Assembly: GCA_964461045.1 (NCBI GenBank)
Contig: CAYWSJ010000004.1
Location: 1,361-65,360, forward strand
Direction of reading: 5' to 3'
Source: an uncultured Bacteroidales bacterium
GTDB taxonomy: Bacteria; Bacteroidota; Bacteroidia; Bacteroidales; UBA12077
Length of the DNA: 64,000 bases
Shown: positions 25,580 through 38,500 of the stretch, one piece after another
How the letters are laid out: each line of letters starts with the position of its first letter
Position numbering within the stretch: position 1 is the first letter of the stretch
Position numbers and translations under genes: made by a program
Notes under the pieces: model-generated
Databases searched by the model: none
What the model was told of the DNA's origin: nothing
The model's input: only the letters and a program-made list of their open reading frames with translations

Positions 25580-27628
25580 ATGAAAGACCCCAAAAGATAT
25601 TTAATCACAGCCGCCTTACCGTATGCAAACGGGCCATTACACATCGGACACATTGCCGGAGCTTATCTTCCGGCCGATATTTATGTTCGTTATCTGCGTC
25701 TTAAAGGAAAAGATGTTGCCTTTATTTGTGGATCCGATGAACATGGAGTCCCAATTACCCTGAGGGCAAGGAAGGAGGGGATTTCTCCCCAGAAAATTGT
25801 TGATCGGTACCATGAGATTAATAAAAAAGGTTTTAAAGACCTGGGTATTGAGTTTGATATTTACCACCGTACCTCTGATCCACTGCATCATGAAACGGCT
25901 TCAGCTTTTTTCAGAAGATTATATGAACAGGGAGAATTTGTTGAGAAAGAAGACGAACAGTTTTATGACGAAAAAGAGCAGCAATATTTGGCAGACAGGT
26001 ATATTGTCGGAACCTGTCCTAAATGTAATTATGAAAATGCCTATGGAGATCAGTGCGAACAGTGCGGAGCGAGTCTTAGTCCAAAAGAACTGATTAATCC
26101 CAAATCAGCTCTTTCCGGGAACAAGCCGGTAATGAAAAAAACAAAACACTGGTACTTACCATTAGATAAATACCAGGAAGAATGGCTGGAGAAATGGATT
26201 GACACGCATAAAGATGATTGGAAAGCAAATGTATATGGTCAATGTAAATCGTGGCTAACACAGGGGCTTCACCCAAGGGCTGTTACACGCGACCTGGAAT
26301 GGGGTGTGCCGGTTCCGGTAGAAGGAACAGAAGGGAAAGTTCTTTATGTATGGTTTGATGCGCCTATTGGGTATATTTCTGCAACGAAAGCATGGGCTGA
26401 TGAAAAAAATAAAGACTGGGAAAAATATTGGAAAGATGAGGATACGCGTTTAATTCATTTTATCGGAAAAGACAATATAGTTTTTCATTGTTTGATTTTT
26501 CCCTCCATGCTGAAAGCACACGGCGAATATATTTTACCCGATAATGTGCCGGCAAATGAATTTCTTAACCTGGAAGGAAACAAATTATCAACCTCCCGTA
26601 ACTGGGCAGTATGGGTAAATGAATTTGTAGAGGATTTCCCGGGTAAAATGGATGTGTTAAGATATACACTCTGTGCGAATTTCCCGGAACAGAAAGATAA
26701 TGATTTTACCTGGAAGGATTTTCAAGCGAGAAATAACAACGAATTGGTTGCAGTTATGGGAAATTTCGTTAACAGGGCATTGGTGCTAACAAAAAAATTC
26801 TTCGATAAGAAAGTGCCTGAATGTAAAGAACTGACTGATTATGATCAGGATATAATGAAGAAAGCAGCTCAGATTAAGGAAGATCTTGAAAACAGGATTG
26901 AAAACTTTAAATTTCGTGAAGCAGTTAAAATAGCTATGGATATGGGTAGGCTGGGTAACAAATACCTTGCCGATACAGAGCCCTGGAGCCTTTATGAAAA
27001 AGATCCTGAACGTGTTCAGACCATTTTAAATTTATCATTGCAGATTGCGGCTAGCATATCAATCATAATTGAACCCTTTTTACCTTTTACAGCAGAGAAG
27101 TTAAGAGGATTTCTAAACATTGAAAAGCTTAACTGGGAACTGGCAGGAAGAAGTGATATTTTATCCGTGGGGCATGAAATAAGAAAACCCAAACATCTGT
27201 TCCAGAAAATAGAAGATAAAGAAGTTGACTTACAGGTTAAAAAACTGAAAGAAGCAAGGCGCAGAAAAGAGCAGGAGGAGAAAGGAGTAGAGCCCGCAAA
27301 AGAGGATATTAGTTTTGATGATTTCACGAAAATGGACCTGCGCGTTGCAAAAGTGCTGGAAGCTGAAAAAGTCCCTAAAACTAAAAAATTGTTAAAACTA
27401 AAAGTGGATACAGGTATAGATCAGCGCACAGTTGTATCTGGCATAGCTGAGTTTTTTAAACCAGAAGAAATCGTAGGTAAAAATGTTAGTATGATAGTCA
27501 ATCTGGCACCCAAAAAAATACGGGGAATAGAATCCCACGGAATGATTTTGATGGCAGAGAATAACGAAGGAAAACTTGTCTTTGTTTCACCACAGGAAGA
27601 GATACAACAGGGTTCAATAATTAAATGA
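25580..27628 (+). CDS. metG: methionine--tRNA ligase
   Basis: [13 protein letters not shown] (HIGH), zinc knuckle [24 protein letters not shown] (KMSKS-like) and a C-terminal tRNA-binding domain. Start reset to [10 protein letters not shown]. Confidence 0.93.
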   Translation: MKDPKRYLITAALPYANGPLHIGHIAGAYLPADIYVRYLRLKGKDVAFICGSDEHGVPITLRARKEGISPQKIVDRYHEINKKGFKDLGIEFDIYHRTSDPLHHETASAFFRRLYEQGEFVEKEDEQFYDEKEQQYLADRYIVGTCPKCNYENAYGDQCEQCGASLSPKELINPKSALSGNKPVMKKTKHWYLPLDKYQEEWLEKWIDTHKDDWKANVYGQCKSWLTQGLHPRAVTRDLEWGVPVPVEGTEGKVLYVWFDAPIGYISATKAWADEKNKDWEKYWKDEDTRLIHFIGKDNIVFHCLIFPSMLKAHGEYILPDNVPANEFLNLEGNKLSTSRNWAVWVNEFVEDFPGKMDVLRYTLCANFPEQKDNDFTWKDFQARNNNELVAVMGNFVNRALVLTKKFFDKKVPECKELTDYDQDIMKKAAQIKEDLENRIENFKFREAVKIAMDMGRLGNKYLADTEPWSLYEKDPERVQTILNLSLQIAASISIIIEPFLPFTAEKLRGFLNIEKLNWELAGRSDILSVGHEIRKPKHLFQKIEDKEVDLQVKKLKEARRRKEQEEKGVEPAKEDISFDDFTKMDLRVAKVLEAEKVPKTKKLLKLKVDTGIDQRTVVSGIAEFFKPEEIVGKNVSMIVNLAPKKIRGIESHGMILMAENNEGKLVFVSPQEEIQQGSIIK

Positions 27629-27710
27629 TTATTTTTGATTTGGTTTTATTCCTAAAGCGACTTGTTAAAAAGCTTTGGATTCAATAAATTTATCCATAAA
27701 AACAATTTAA

Positions 27711-28511
27711 ATGAAACTCATTCCATCGATTTTTAAAAAGAAAAAATCTTACAAAATTGGTCTTGTCTTAAGTGGGGGTGCTGCAAGAGGTTTTGCACAT
27801 GTAGGCGTGATACAAGCTCTCCTTGAAAAAGGGATAAAACCGGATATAGTTTCCGGTGTTAGTGCGGGAGCTATTGCCGGGGCATTGTTTTGTGATGGAT
27901 ACGGACCTGAAGAGATGCTTACCATTATTAAAGATAAAAGCCTTTTTAAATATGCAAGTTTTACAGTCCCCAAAAACGGACTGCTGAGTATACAGAATAT
28001 GCAAAATGTGCTGGAAGAGTCACTCAGGGCTAAAAAATTCGAAGACCTTAAGATTCCTTTTTACTGTAATGCCACCAATCTTAATACGGGGAAAGCTGAA
28101 TATTTTCACGAAGGGGACCTCCCAATCCGAATTCGTGCCTCTGCCAGTATTCCTGTCCTTTTTAAACCAGTAATTATGAATGACTATACTTATGTGGATG
28201 GAGGAGTGGTTGATAATTTTCCAGTTAAACCTTTACAAAATAAAGTGGATAAGATTATTGGTGTTCATGTGAATCCTACAGGATTTGAGAAAGAAGTGAA
28301 GGGGCTTATTAAAATTGCAGAACGAAGTTTCCACCTTTCGGTGAACAGCAACGTTGAAGCAATGGCTAAAAATTGCGATCTTTTTATACAACCTGAGAAA
28401 GTAAGAGAATTTGGATTGATGAGTGTCTCTGAAGGACGTAAGATCTATGAGGCAGGATACGAAGGGGCAATTAAGGCTTTGAAGAAAGCCAGCCTTGGAA
28501 AGTTTAAATAA
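27711..28511 (+). CDS. patatin-like phospholipase
   Basis: GLVLSGGAARG (oxyanion), GVSAGAI (GxSxG) and VDGGV (catalytic Asp). Confidence 0.8.
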   Translation: MKLIPSIFKKKKSYKIGLVLSGGAARGFAHVGVIQALLEKGIKPDIVSGVSAGAIAGALFCDGYGPEEMLTIIKDKSLFKYASFTVPKNGLLSIQNMQNVLEESLRAKKFEDLKIPFYCNATNLNTGKAEYFHEGDLPIRIRASASIPVLFKPVIMNDYTYVDGGVVDNFPVKPLQNKVDKIIGVHVNPTGFEKEVKGLIKIAERSFHLSVNSNVEAMAKNCDLFIQPEKVREFGLMSVSEGRKIYEAGYEGAIKALKKASLGKFK

Positions 28512-28574
28512 ATTTTGCTAAACTGATTTTTATTACTCTATTGCGCGATTCTCTCGTGTATTGAAAATCTTTTT

Positions 28575-28582
28575 TAACTTTG
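28575..28582 (+). promoter_or_regulatory. -7 box TAACTTTG upstream of cysS
   Basis: Matches TAnnTTTG, 20 nt upstream of the ATG at 28603. Confidence 0.4.
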
Positions 28583-28602
28583 CTTTTTAAATCAATTGAG
28601 TT

Positions 28603-30075
28603 ATGGCTGATAGTAAATTACACATCTACAATACCCTTACGAGAAAAAAGGAGTTATTTAAACCTCTTAAACCACCTCATGTAGGACTTTATGTGTGTGG
28701 TCCTACTGTTTATGGTGATGCACATCTTGGGCATGCAAGACCTGCCCTGACTTTTGATCTTTTATACAGGTATCTTGATCATTTAGGGTATAAAGTAAGA
28801 TATGTCCGGAATATAACAGATGTAGGTCACCTTGAGAGTGATGCAGATGAGGGAGAAGACAAAATTGCAAAAAAAGCCAGGCTGGAAAAGGTTGAGCCCA
28901 TGGAGATTGTGGAGCATTATACAAGAAATTATCACAAGAATATGAATCAGATGAATATCCGGCGTCCCAACATAGAACCAAGAGCTACTGGCCATATTAT
29001 TGAACAACAAGAGCTTGTTAAAAAAATTATAGAGAATGGGTTTGCTTATGAAAAAAACGGCTCTGTTTATTTTGATGTGGAGAAATATAACGATAAACAT
29101 AATTATGGAAAATTATCCGGCAGAAACATAGAAGAGTTAAAGGCAAACACACGTACTCTTGAAGGACAAAGCGAAAAGAAAAATCCCTTCGATTTTGCAC
29201 TCTGGAAGAAAGCCAACCCTGAGCATATTATGCAATGGCCTTCGGAGTGGAGTCGCGGTTTTCCGGGATGGCATCTCGAATGTTCCGCTATGAGCACAAA
29301 ATATTTAGGTGAACAGTTTGACATTCACGGTGGTGGAATGGACCTGGTTTTTCCACACCATGAATGTGAAATTGCCCAGTCTGCAGCAGCTACCGGTAAA
29401 GAATCCGTGCATTACTGGATGCACAATAACATGATCACAATCAAAGGGCAAAAAATGGGAAAATCACTGGGGAATTTTATTACCCTTAATGAATTCTTTT
29501 CCGGTGAGCATGAAATACTTGAAAGGCCTTTTTCTCCAATGACCATTAGGTTTTTTATTCTTCAGGCTCACTACAGAAGTCCTGTGGATTTTTCAAATGA
29601 AGCCCTGGAAGCAGCAGAAAAAGGACTGGAGAAACTTTTAAAAGCCGGAGAAACAATCTCTGAAATTAATGCTGCCGAAAAAACAGATGTGAATATTAAA
29701 GAATATGAAGATAAGTTTTACGATGCACTAAACGATGATCTTAATACACCGATACTTTTTGCTCATATTTTTGAAATGGTAAAAACCATTAATTCCGCTT
29801 ATAACCAGGACATCAGCCTTGATCAAAAAAGTATTGATCATCTCAAAAAGCTCTATAATGATTTTGTTTATGATATTCTTGGAATTGAGCGGGAAAAGAA
29901 AGAAACAGGAAATAATCAGTTAACCGAACAATTGATAGACATGATCCTGGATATCCGTCTGGAAGCAAAGAAGAACAAAGATTTTAAAACTGCTGATACA
30001 ATAAGAGATAAGCTAACAGAGCTTGGAGTAGTAGTGAAAGATACAAAAGACGGATTTAACTGGGAATTGAAGTAA
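28603..30075 (+). CDS. cysS: cysteine--tRNA ligase
   Basis: [15 protein letters not shown] (HIGH), [14 protein letters not shown] and KMGKSLGN (KMSKS). Confidence 0.93.
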   Translation: MADSKLHIYNTLTRKKELFKPLKPPHVGLYVCGPTVYGDAHLGHARPALTFDLLYRYLDHLGYKVRYVRNITDVGHLESDADEGEDKIAKKARLEKVEPMEIVEHYTRNYHKNMNQMNIRRPNIEPRATGHIIEQQELVKKIIENGFAYEKNGSVYFDVEKYNDKHNYGKLSGRNIEELKANTRTLEGQSEKKNPFDFALWKKANPEHIMQWPSEWSRGFPGWHLECSAMSTKYLGEQFDIHGGGMDLVFPHHECEIAQSAAATGKESVHYWMHNNMITIKGQKMGKSLGNFITLNEFFSGEHEILERPFSPMTIRFFILQAHYRSPVDFSNEALEAAEKGLEKLLKAGETISEINAAEKTDVNIKEYEDKFYDALNDDLNTPILFAHIFEMVKTINSAYNQDISLDQKSIDHLKKLYNDFVYDILGIEREKKETGNNQLTEQLIDMILDIRLEAKKNKDFKTADTIRDKLTELGVVVKDTKDGFNWELK

Positions 30076-30077
30076 AA

Positions 30078-30503
30078 ATGAAATCAAAAAATAATTTAAA
30101 AACCTGCCGGCGATGCCAGTTGTTTTTTTTGCTTTTCTGGATTTGGGTTATTATGATCATTTGGAATTCTACATCCCCCGGAAATCCTGATATTGTTTCA
30201 AGCGAAAAAAAGCTCTTTTTCATCAGGGCTGATTATATGGCTCATTTTATTGTATATTTTATCTTGTCTGTTTTTTTCTATTTCTGGCGGGCTAATGAGA
30301 ATTACCAGATCAAGCAGAAGCAAATAGTAATATTTTTGACCGGTGGTTTGTTTTTAGCCATAGGAAGTGAGTTTATACAATATTTAACCCCTGGCAGAAA
30401 TTTCAATTTAATTGATTTTGCAGCCAATGGAGTAGGGATCATAGCCGGGTTGGTTTTTCCGGTGATCATTTTTCGTAATAACCATAATAAAAAGAAAGAT
30501 TAA
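30078..30503 (+). CDS. VanZ-family membrane protein
   Basis: 141 aa with 4 hydrophobic segments. EFIQYLTPGRNFNLIDFAANGVG pattern. Confidence 0.6.
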   Translation: MKSKNNLKTCRRCQLFFLLFWIWVIMIIWNSTSPGNPDIVSSEKKLFFIRADYMAHFIVYFILSVFFYFWRANENYQIKQKQIVIFLTGGLFLAIGSEFIQYLTPGRNFNLIDFAANGVGIIAGLVFPVIIFRNNHNKKKD

Positions 30504-30644
30504 AAGCGCCTGAGAAATGATTTATTATTAGTATGTTTTCTTTTTTATTCCCACAAACTATATTGATTTTAATTCATCTATAACTAAGTTGTATTTATTA
30601 AAATTCCGTAAAAAATTGAATTATATTTTTCCATAAAAAACCAT

Positions 30645-30652
30645 TAACTTTG
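30645..30652 (+). promoter_or_regulatory. -7 box TAACTTTG upstream of rbfA
   Basis: Matches TAnnTTTG, 31 nt upstream of the ATG at 30684. Confidence 0.35.
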
Positions 30653-30683
30653 GCAATCTGTTGAATGAATTGAGGAGAATGCT

Positions 30684-31025
30684 ATGGCAACTACAAAACA
30701 AAAAAAAGTGGAAAGATTGGTTCAGAAAGAACTGGGAACCATATTTCAGCGAAAAGATCCAAAATCTTTCCGCGGAAGGATGATTACCGTAACAGTAGTA
30801 CGAATATCTCCCGACCTGCAGATTGTAAAAGCCTATCTTAGTATATTTCCCAGCAAAGATAAAGAGGAAGTCCTTCAGCTTATTCGGGAAAGTACGAGTG
30901 AGATAAGATATGAACTGGGGAACAAAATTAGAAATCAGGTAAAAAAAATACCTGAGTTGAATTTTTTCATAGATGATTCTCTGGATTATATCGATAATAT
31001 AGACAGGTTGCTCAATGAAGATTAA
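30684..31025 (+). CDS. rbfA: ribosome-binding factor A
   Basis: 113 aa. RVERLVQKELGTIF-type N-terminus, VTVVRISPDLQIVKAYLS and IPELNFFIDDS. Confidence 0.85.
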   Translation: MATTKQKKVERLVQKELGTIFQRKDPKSFRGRMITVTVVRISPDLQIVKAYLSIFPSKDKEEVLQLIRESTSEIRYELGNKIRNQVKKIPELNFFIDDSLDYIDNIDRLLNED

Positions 31026-31037
31026 TGATATTCAAAT

Positions 31038-32273
31038 ATGAATTTTCCATTTTATATAGCCAAACGTTATTTTCTTACCCGGAAACTTAGAAACATTATT
31101 AACATCATTTCATTAATTTCGGTGATTGGAGTTATGATTGGAACAATGGCCCTGGTGGTTGTACTTTCTGTTTTTAATGGATTTGATAGTTTAATGCGTG
31201 ACACGTATAAAAATTTTGATCCTGACCTTGAAATAACTGTTAAAAAAGGGAAAACATTTCTTCCAAAAGGCGAAATATTTAATGAAATAGAAACAATGCC
31301 TGAGGTAGAGGTTTATTCTGAATCTCTCGAAGAAAATGCTTTGGTACGCTACGAGGATAAACAATATATAGGCCGGATAAAAGGAGTTGAGGATAATTAT
31401 GACCAGCTTTCTGGTATTAAAAAGGTAATGTTTGTCGGAGATTTTAAACTAAAAGATGCAGACCAGAATTTTGCTGTAATTGGTAGTGGAGTTGCAAGAT
31501 TTCTTACCGTGAATATTAACTACCCGGCGCCACTAACGCTTTATGTGCCGGAAAGGGGACAGAATGCCATGCTGAATCCCCAGAGTGCCTTTAATAAGAA
31601 GATGATATACCCTTCCGGAATTTTCAGGATGAAACAAAATTATGATTTGAAATATATCCTTGTTCCTATAGATTTTGCAAGAGATATCCTTGAATATGAA
31701 GATAAAGTAACGGAAATAGAAATTAAGATAGCTGAAGGTGCCAAAGTAGAAAAAGTAAAAGAAAAAATAAAAAACAAACTAGGACCTGACTTTGAGGTAA
31801 AAGATATTTTTGAACAGCACGAATTGTTTTTTAAAGTCATGAAGTCTGAAAAATGGTACGTATTTTTGATTCTGACCTTTATTCTCATTGTAGCCTCATT
31901 TAATATTATTGGGTCCATCTCTATGCTTATTATTGATAAGAAAAATGATATTGCTTTGTTGCGAAGCCTGGGAGCTAAAATGAAGACAATCAGGCGAATA
32001 TTTTTTCTTGAAGGATCTTTGATATCTTTTATCGGTGCCTTGATGGGGGTATTAATGGGTATATTGATTTGTTGGATACAGACAACATTTGAAATCATAA
32101 GCCTGGGAAGCCAGGGGGCATTTATAATTGATTATTATCCGGTAGAAGTGCATTTTCTTGATGTGATCGGTATATTTTTTACAGTTGTATTAATCGGATT
32201 TTTGGCTGCATATTATCCCGTTAGATATATAACCAGAAGATATGCACAAGAAGATTACCATGTTAATGACTGA
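31038..32273 (+). CDS. FtsX/LolC-E-like ABC transporter permease
   Basis: 411 aa. FYIAKRYFLTRK N-terminus, large periplasmic loop and a C-terminal FtsX 3-TM block (LRSLGAKMKTIRRIFFLEG). Confidence 0.8.
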   Translation: MNFPFYIAKRYFLTRKLRNIINIISLISVIGVMIGTMALVVVLSVFNGFDSLMRDTYKNFDPDLEITVKKGKTFLPKGEIFNEIETMPEVEVYSESLEENALVRYEDKQYIGRIKGVEDNYDQLSGIKKVMFVGDFKLKDADQNFAVIGSGVARFLTVNINYPAPLTLYVPERGQNAMLNPQSAFNKKMIYPSGIFRMKQNYDLKYILVPIDFARDILEYEDKVTEIEIKIAEGAKVEKVKEKIKNKLGPDFEVKDIFEQHELFFKVMKSEKWYVFLILTFILIVASFNIIGSISMLIIDKKNDIALLRSLGAKMKTIRRIFFLEGSLISFIGALMGVLMGILICWIQTTFEIISLGSQGAFIIDYYPVEVHFLDVIGIFFTVVLIGFLAAYYPVRYITRRYAQEDYHVND

Positions 32274-32508
32274 TAAACAGACTGTTGTTAATCTCCGTGT
32301 ATTAATTGTTCATCAATGCATTTAGAACAGTCATAAAAAAGTTATTAACAATTTTCTGAATCTTAGAAAAAATAACGATCTTGTATTGTTGAAAAAAAGT
32401 GCCCATAAATCTTGCTGTTCCCTGATTTTTTGTAACAAAAACAATGAGGGAACGTAAAATTTTATTAACATTGCAATTTAAATTACTAACAATCAAAATA
32501 TTCTTGTT

Positions 32509-35500
32509 ATGTCCGGACTAGCGAGAAGTTATAAAGTTCTACTTTTATTTTTTATTACGGCTGTATTTTGTTCACAGCCAGGTTTTTCTCAAGACTTATA
32601 TTGGGTTAATGGCCAGGGTAACTGGAATGATCCTGAACATTGGTCTACCCAAAGTGGTGGCACGGGAGGTGCTGCTGTTCCAACATCAGATAATAATGTA
32701 ATAATTGACGGAAATTCTTTTACAGGTTCCGAAGAGTACATTATTATTAAAGGTGAAGCGACCTGTCATGATTTCATTTGGAAAGAAAAGTCAGGGAACA
32801 ATGGATTAAAGAGTCGGTCTTTTTTGTTCAAAAACTGGACAAATACTACCCTTGAAGTTCATGGGTCCGTTGAAATTCCTTCAAACATAAAAAACAGGTT
32901 TTATGGAGATTTTGTACTCAAATCCGGGCATCAGAAAAATACAATCGATATAAATTCCCCATTAAATGCTGATTTAATTATTGATGGAAAAGAAGGAGAA
33001 TGGGTTCTTGAAAATGAATTACAAACAGAAGGAAATATCTACTTTAAACAGGGAAGTTTTACTACCAATGATCATAATATTTCCTGTAATGTATTTGATG
33101 GATCTGGAAACAAACCAAGAGAAATAAATTTTGAAAATTCTAAAGTAGTTGTTAATCAGTGGAATATTACGAATAACAAGAATTCAGATATTCAGTCAGA
33201 AAACCTCAGACTATTCTTCAGAGAAGGTTTTCAGGATGGCAACTTTGCTTCAGCAAAAGATATTAATTACAAACAAATTTCCTCATCAGCAAAGGCTTCT
33301 TTTACGCTTTCAACCTCCACTGATTCAGCTACTTGCTGGACAACCGAGGATGGAAGTTTTTCTGTAACAGTATCAGGGGGCACCATGCCTTTTGATTATG
33401 AACTGTACGATGATATTTTTGGAGGAAATCTTGTTGATGATGTTCAGAATAAGAACAGCAGAACTCATACATTTAATAATATCTATGCTGGTAAGTATAT
33501 GGTGGTTGTAACTGATGGTGATGATGACGACCAGGCACAAACAAATAATGTTCCGCCGGATACTTTACAAATTGATACTGTTGAATGTACAAAAGCATTA
33601 ACATGTTTTGACGGAAATGATGCATGGCTTGAAGCATTTGTTTCCGGCGGCACCCCTCCTTTTACTTTTACCTGGGAATTAGATAAAGATCTGGATAATA
33701 ATTTTGAAGATACCCTGTCTTCCGATTCTTCTGTTGTCACTAATATGTCACAGGGTGTATTTCGTTTGACTGTGGAAGACGCCAATGGTTGCCCCACACG
33801 TAGTGTAACCAAACCATTCTTATCTTTTGCCGGAGATTATCAGGATAGTATTCCTGACCAGCTTGTGATTGACAATATTGAAACCACACCCTCATGCGTG
33901 GGCGAGGATAATGGAACAATTACTGCCTATGCCTCAGGCGGTACCGGAGAAATTGATTTCTTTATAGTGTATACTCCAACAACCGATACTACCTACGATG
34001 CTGATGGTACTTTTAATAATCTTGCTCCCGGGAATTATACTGTTGTAGCTTATGATGCAAATAATTGTGAGACAAGCCAGGGTATTTCTGTAGGAACTTA
34101 TCCGAAACCAACAGCAGATGCCGGAAGCGATGAGGTTACCTGTGAAGATGTGAATTTTGATTTGTCCAATTCTGCAAGTGTCCCCGATACTACCGATGCT
34201 AGTTCAGTTACATGGAATGATGATGGGGCAGCAGGTGATTTTATTGATCCAAATGTATTAGTCCCTGAATATGATCCGGCACCCGGACAAATTGGTGACG
34301 TGAATCTAGTGATGGTTGTCCAGGGGAACGGACCTTGCGGAAGCATAACTGAAACCGATACCATGGTGCTGACAATTAATGAAGCTCCTTCTGCAGACGC
34401 TGGTAGTGATGAAGAAATCTGCGAGGGAAGTGCCTTTGATTTTGGTACATCAACGGTTGAACCTACAGCTTCAGAATATAGCTCACTTTCCTGGGATGAT
34501 AACGGGGCTGGTGGTAATTTTAATGATAATTCAATACTTAAACCACAATATACACCTCCTGCAGGCTTTTCCGGTACAATTACACTTACTTTAACAGCAA
34601 ATGGAACTGGTACCTGCTCGGCAGTGTCAGATGATATGGAGCTTACTGTTACCGCCGCTCCTCAGGCAGATGCCGGAAGCGATGAGGAAATCTGTGAAGG
34701 TGATATTTTTGATTTCCTAAATTCGGGAACTGAACCAAGTGCTTCAGATTATAATACTCTGCTGTGGGACGATGGTGGAATTGGTGGTTCTTTTAGTGAT
34801 AATACCGCCTTGAAACCAACATACACACCACCTGCCGGTTTTACAGGAACAGTAACACTTACTCTTACTGCAACCGGAAATGGTTCTTGTGCACAGGTTT
34901 CAGATGATATGCAATTGACTGTTACTGCTGCACCTACAGCAGATGCAGGTAGTGATGAGGAAATTTGTGAAGGAACTATTTTTGATTTCAAAAATTCAAC
35001 AGTGGAGCCATTTGCTTCGGATTATAGTTCACTGTCATGGAGCGACGGTGGAGTTGGAGGATCTTTTAGCGATCCGACAGCTTTAAAACCCACCTATACC
35101 CCTCCTGCAGATTTTTCAGGAACAATTTTCCTAACACTCACAGCCGATGGTAACGGATCATGTGCTCCGGTATCAGATGATATGGAGCTGACAGTAACTG
35201 CTGCTCCAACAGCAGATGCCGGTAGTGATGAAGAGATTTGTGAAAGTACCGCATTTGATTTTAATTCTTCCACAGTTGAACCAACCGCATCTGATTATAA
35301 TACTTTAAGCTGGGATGACGGGGGTATTGGTGGCATATTTAGTGATAATACTGCCCTGAAACCTACTTATACTCCACCGGCTGGTTATACAGGGCTTATT
35401 ACATTAACACTGACTGCTACAGGTAATGGTTCCTGTGCACAGACAACAGATGATATGGAACTCACTGTTGTTGCCTCACCAACAGTTGATGCCGGTAGTG

Positions 35501-38500
35501 ATGAAGAGATATGCGAGGGAGATGTTTTTGATTTTAATTCTTCTACAGTTGAACCAACCGCCTCTGATTATAGTTCTCTTAGCTGGGATGATGGTGGTGT
35601 TGGAGGATCTTTTAGTGATCCGTCGGCCTTAAAACCTACGTATACACCTCCTGCCGGATATACCGGTACTGTTACTCTTACGCTTACGGCAGACGGAAAT
35701 GCCAACTGTGCAGCTGCTTCTGATGATATGGAACTGACAATAACTCCTGCACCTACAGCAGACGCCGGTAGTGACGAAGAAATTTGTGAGGATAATACAT
35801 TTGATTTTAATTCCTCTTCTGTCCAGCCAACCGCCTCTGATTATAATACACTTTCCTGGGACGATGGTGGAGTTGGAGGAACTTTTGATGATAACTCGAT
35901 TTTGAAACCTCAATATACTCCTCCTGTAGGTTATACCGGTACTGTGACATTAACTTTAACTGCTACAGGCAATGGTTCTTGTTCATCTGTTTCTGATAAC
36001 ATGGAACTTACTGTTACACCGGAACCTTCAGTAGATGCAGGAAGTGATGAGGAAGTTTGTGAAGATAATACCTTTGATTTTAATTCTTCTACTGTAGAAC
36101 CAACAGCATCAGAATATAGTTCCCTTTCCTGGGACGACGGTGGAGTTGGAGGAACTTTTAGTGACAATAGTGTCCTGAAACCTCAATATACCCCTCCTGC
36201 CGGGTATAGCGGAACCATAACGCTTACTTTAACTGCCAATGGAAATGGCTCCTGTTCACCTGTTTCAGACAATATGGACCTGACTGTTACTCCGGCACCT
36301 ACAGCAGATGCAGGAAGTGATGAAGAGATATGTGAGGGAGATGCTTTTGATTTTAATACCTCCACAGTACAACCAAGCGCTTCAAATTATAGTTCTCTTA
36401 GCTGGGACGATGGCGGCATTGGTGGATCTTTTGACAATAGTACTATTTTAAAACCTCAATATACCCCGCCCGCAGGATACACTGGTACGGTTATCCTTAC
36501 TTTAACTGTAAATGGTAATGGCTCTTGTTCTTCTGTCTCGGATGACATGGAGCTAACTGTAACACCTGCGCCTAGCGTGGATGCAGGAAGTGATGAGGCA
36601 ATATGTGAAGACAATACTTTTGACTTTAACAGCTCAAGCATACAACCAACAGCATCAGAATACAGCTCACTTTCCTGGGACGATGGTGGAGTTGGAGGAA
36701 GCTTTAGTGATAACAGTGTGTTGAAACCACAGTATACACCTCCACTTGACTATACAGGAACAATCACACTAACACTGACTGCCAACGGAAATGGACCTTG
36801 TTCATCTGTATCTGATGATATGGAACTTACTGTAACCCCTGAGCCTACAGTGGACGCAGGTAGTGATGAAGAAATTTGTGAAGGAAATAATTTTGACTTC
36901 AATACTTCTGCTGTAGAACCAACTGCCTCAGAATACAGCTCACTCTCCTGGGATGATGGCGGTGTAGGAGGTTCTTTTAGTGATAATACTGTTTTGAAAC
37001 CTGTTTATACACCTCCGGCTGGCTATAGTGGCACAATCACATTAACTCTTACTGCTAATGGTAATGGAAATTGTGCACCTGCCTCGGATGATATGGAACT
37101 GACTGTTACAGCTGCGCCTGCCGTAGATGCCGGTAGTGATGAGGAAATTTGTGAAGGCAGCATATTTGATTTTAACAACTCAACAACTGAACCAAGTGCT
37201 TCGGATTATAATACCTTAACATGGGATGATGGCGGTGCCGGAGGTTCATTTAGTGATCCTTCTGTATTAAAGCCACAATATACCCCTCCTGTAGGTTATT
37301 CAGGTACAATTACACTGACATTAACAGCTACAGGCAATGGTTCTTGTGCCCAGGTTGCTGATAATATGGATTTAACAGTTACTGCTGCACCTACAGCTGA
37401 TGCCGGTAGTGATGAAGAGGTTTGTGAAAATACTGTTTTTGACTTTGGTAGTTCAGCAGTACAACCAAGCGCTTCAAATTATAATTCCCTTTCATGGGAT
37501 GATGGAGGTGTAGGAGGAAGTTTTAATGACAATACAATCTTACTTCCAGAATATACGCCACCTGTAGATTTCTCAGGAACCATAACATTGACATTGACAG
37601 CTACAGGCAATGGTTCTTGTACCCCTGCCACAGATGCCATGGAATTAACAGTAACAGCTGCTCCTTTTGCGGATGCTGGACCTGATTCTGTTTCTATTTG
37701 TTATGGAGATTCAGTATATCTTGACCAGGCTGATACTTCAAATGCATCTTCCATAACATGGACTACCGGTGGAGACGGATCTTTTGATAATGCTTCGATA
37801 ATTGATCCTTCATACGAACCGGGACCTAATGATTTGGCTACCGGTGAAGTTTATCTTTATCTGGAAGCGGATGGCAATGGTTCTTGTAATACTGCTGTTG
37901 ATTCAATTAAGATAATTATCCCACCAGAATTAATAGCTACGATTGGTTCACCAAGACCTTACCTGATTGATGAAACAACAACTGATGTGATTGTTTCTAT
38001 TAAGGTTGAAAACCATGAGTATATTGAAGATTTAAGCTATTATCTTGTTTCTCCTAACGGAAATAAGATGAGATTGGCTTCTTATAATACATGTTTTACA
38101 TTTCAGCAGGGAACTGATCTGACATTCAGCACCCTTGCTGCAGATACTTTTGATGTATGTAGTGACCCGTTAACAGGGACTTACAAGCTATCGGGAGATC
38201 TTTCGGTTATCGATGGAGAAGATCCATCAAATGGTGCATGGAGAATCAGAGTAGAGGATCATACACCATGGACAACCAATACATTTGAAGGTATTATTGC
38301 AGAAGCAAGCATACAGTTTATAGATAACCATGATGTTACAGGAGACCCAGTAACAGTGCTTTATGAGGATGATGATGTGAACAAACCAATAAGGGAAAAT
38401 ACAGGAATAGCAGGTGATCCGCCTACTTATACTGAATATACAATTCCTTATGGTTTGGAAACCAATTGTTATGGAACCTGTGATGCTACCGCAGTAGTCT

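Noticed and set aside
32302-32496. 64-aa minus-strand ORF in the intergenic region upstream of the giant gene
   Set aside because: It has no recognisable features and an AT-rich, intergenic-like composition, and it overlaps the leader hairpin. Most likely spurious.
33483-36641. Series of 60-110-aa minus-strand ORFs (33483-33812, 34098-34364, 34749-34991, 35629-35913, 35931-36167, 36183-36365, 36456-36641) antisense to the giant gene
   Set aside because: They recur with the 273-nt repeat period, have low-complexity S/P/V-rich translations, and lie fully inside a strongly supported 2958-aa ORF. They are a by-product of the repeat's codon composition.
34117-37944. Regularly spaced repeats that could superficially suggest a CRISPR-like or satellite array
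   Set aside because: The whole 273-nt unit is repeated, with no unique spacers. It is in frame and translates into a conserved 91-aa protein module.
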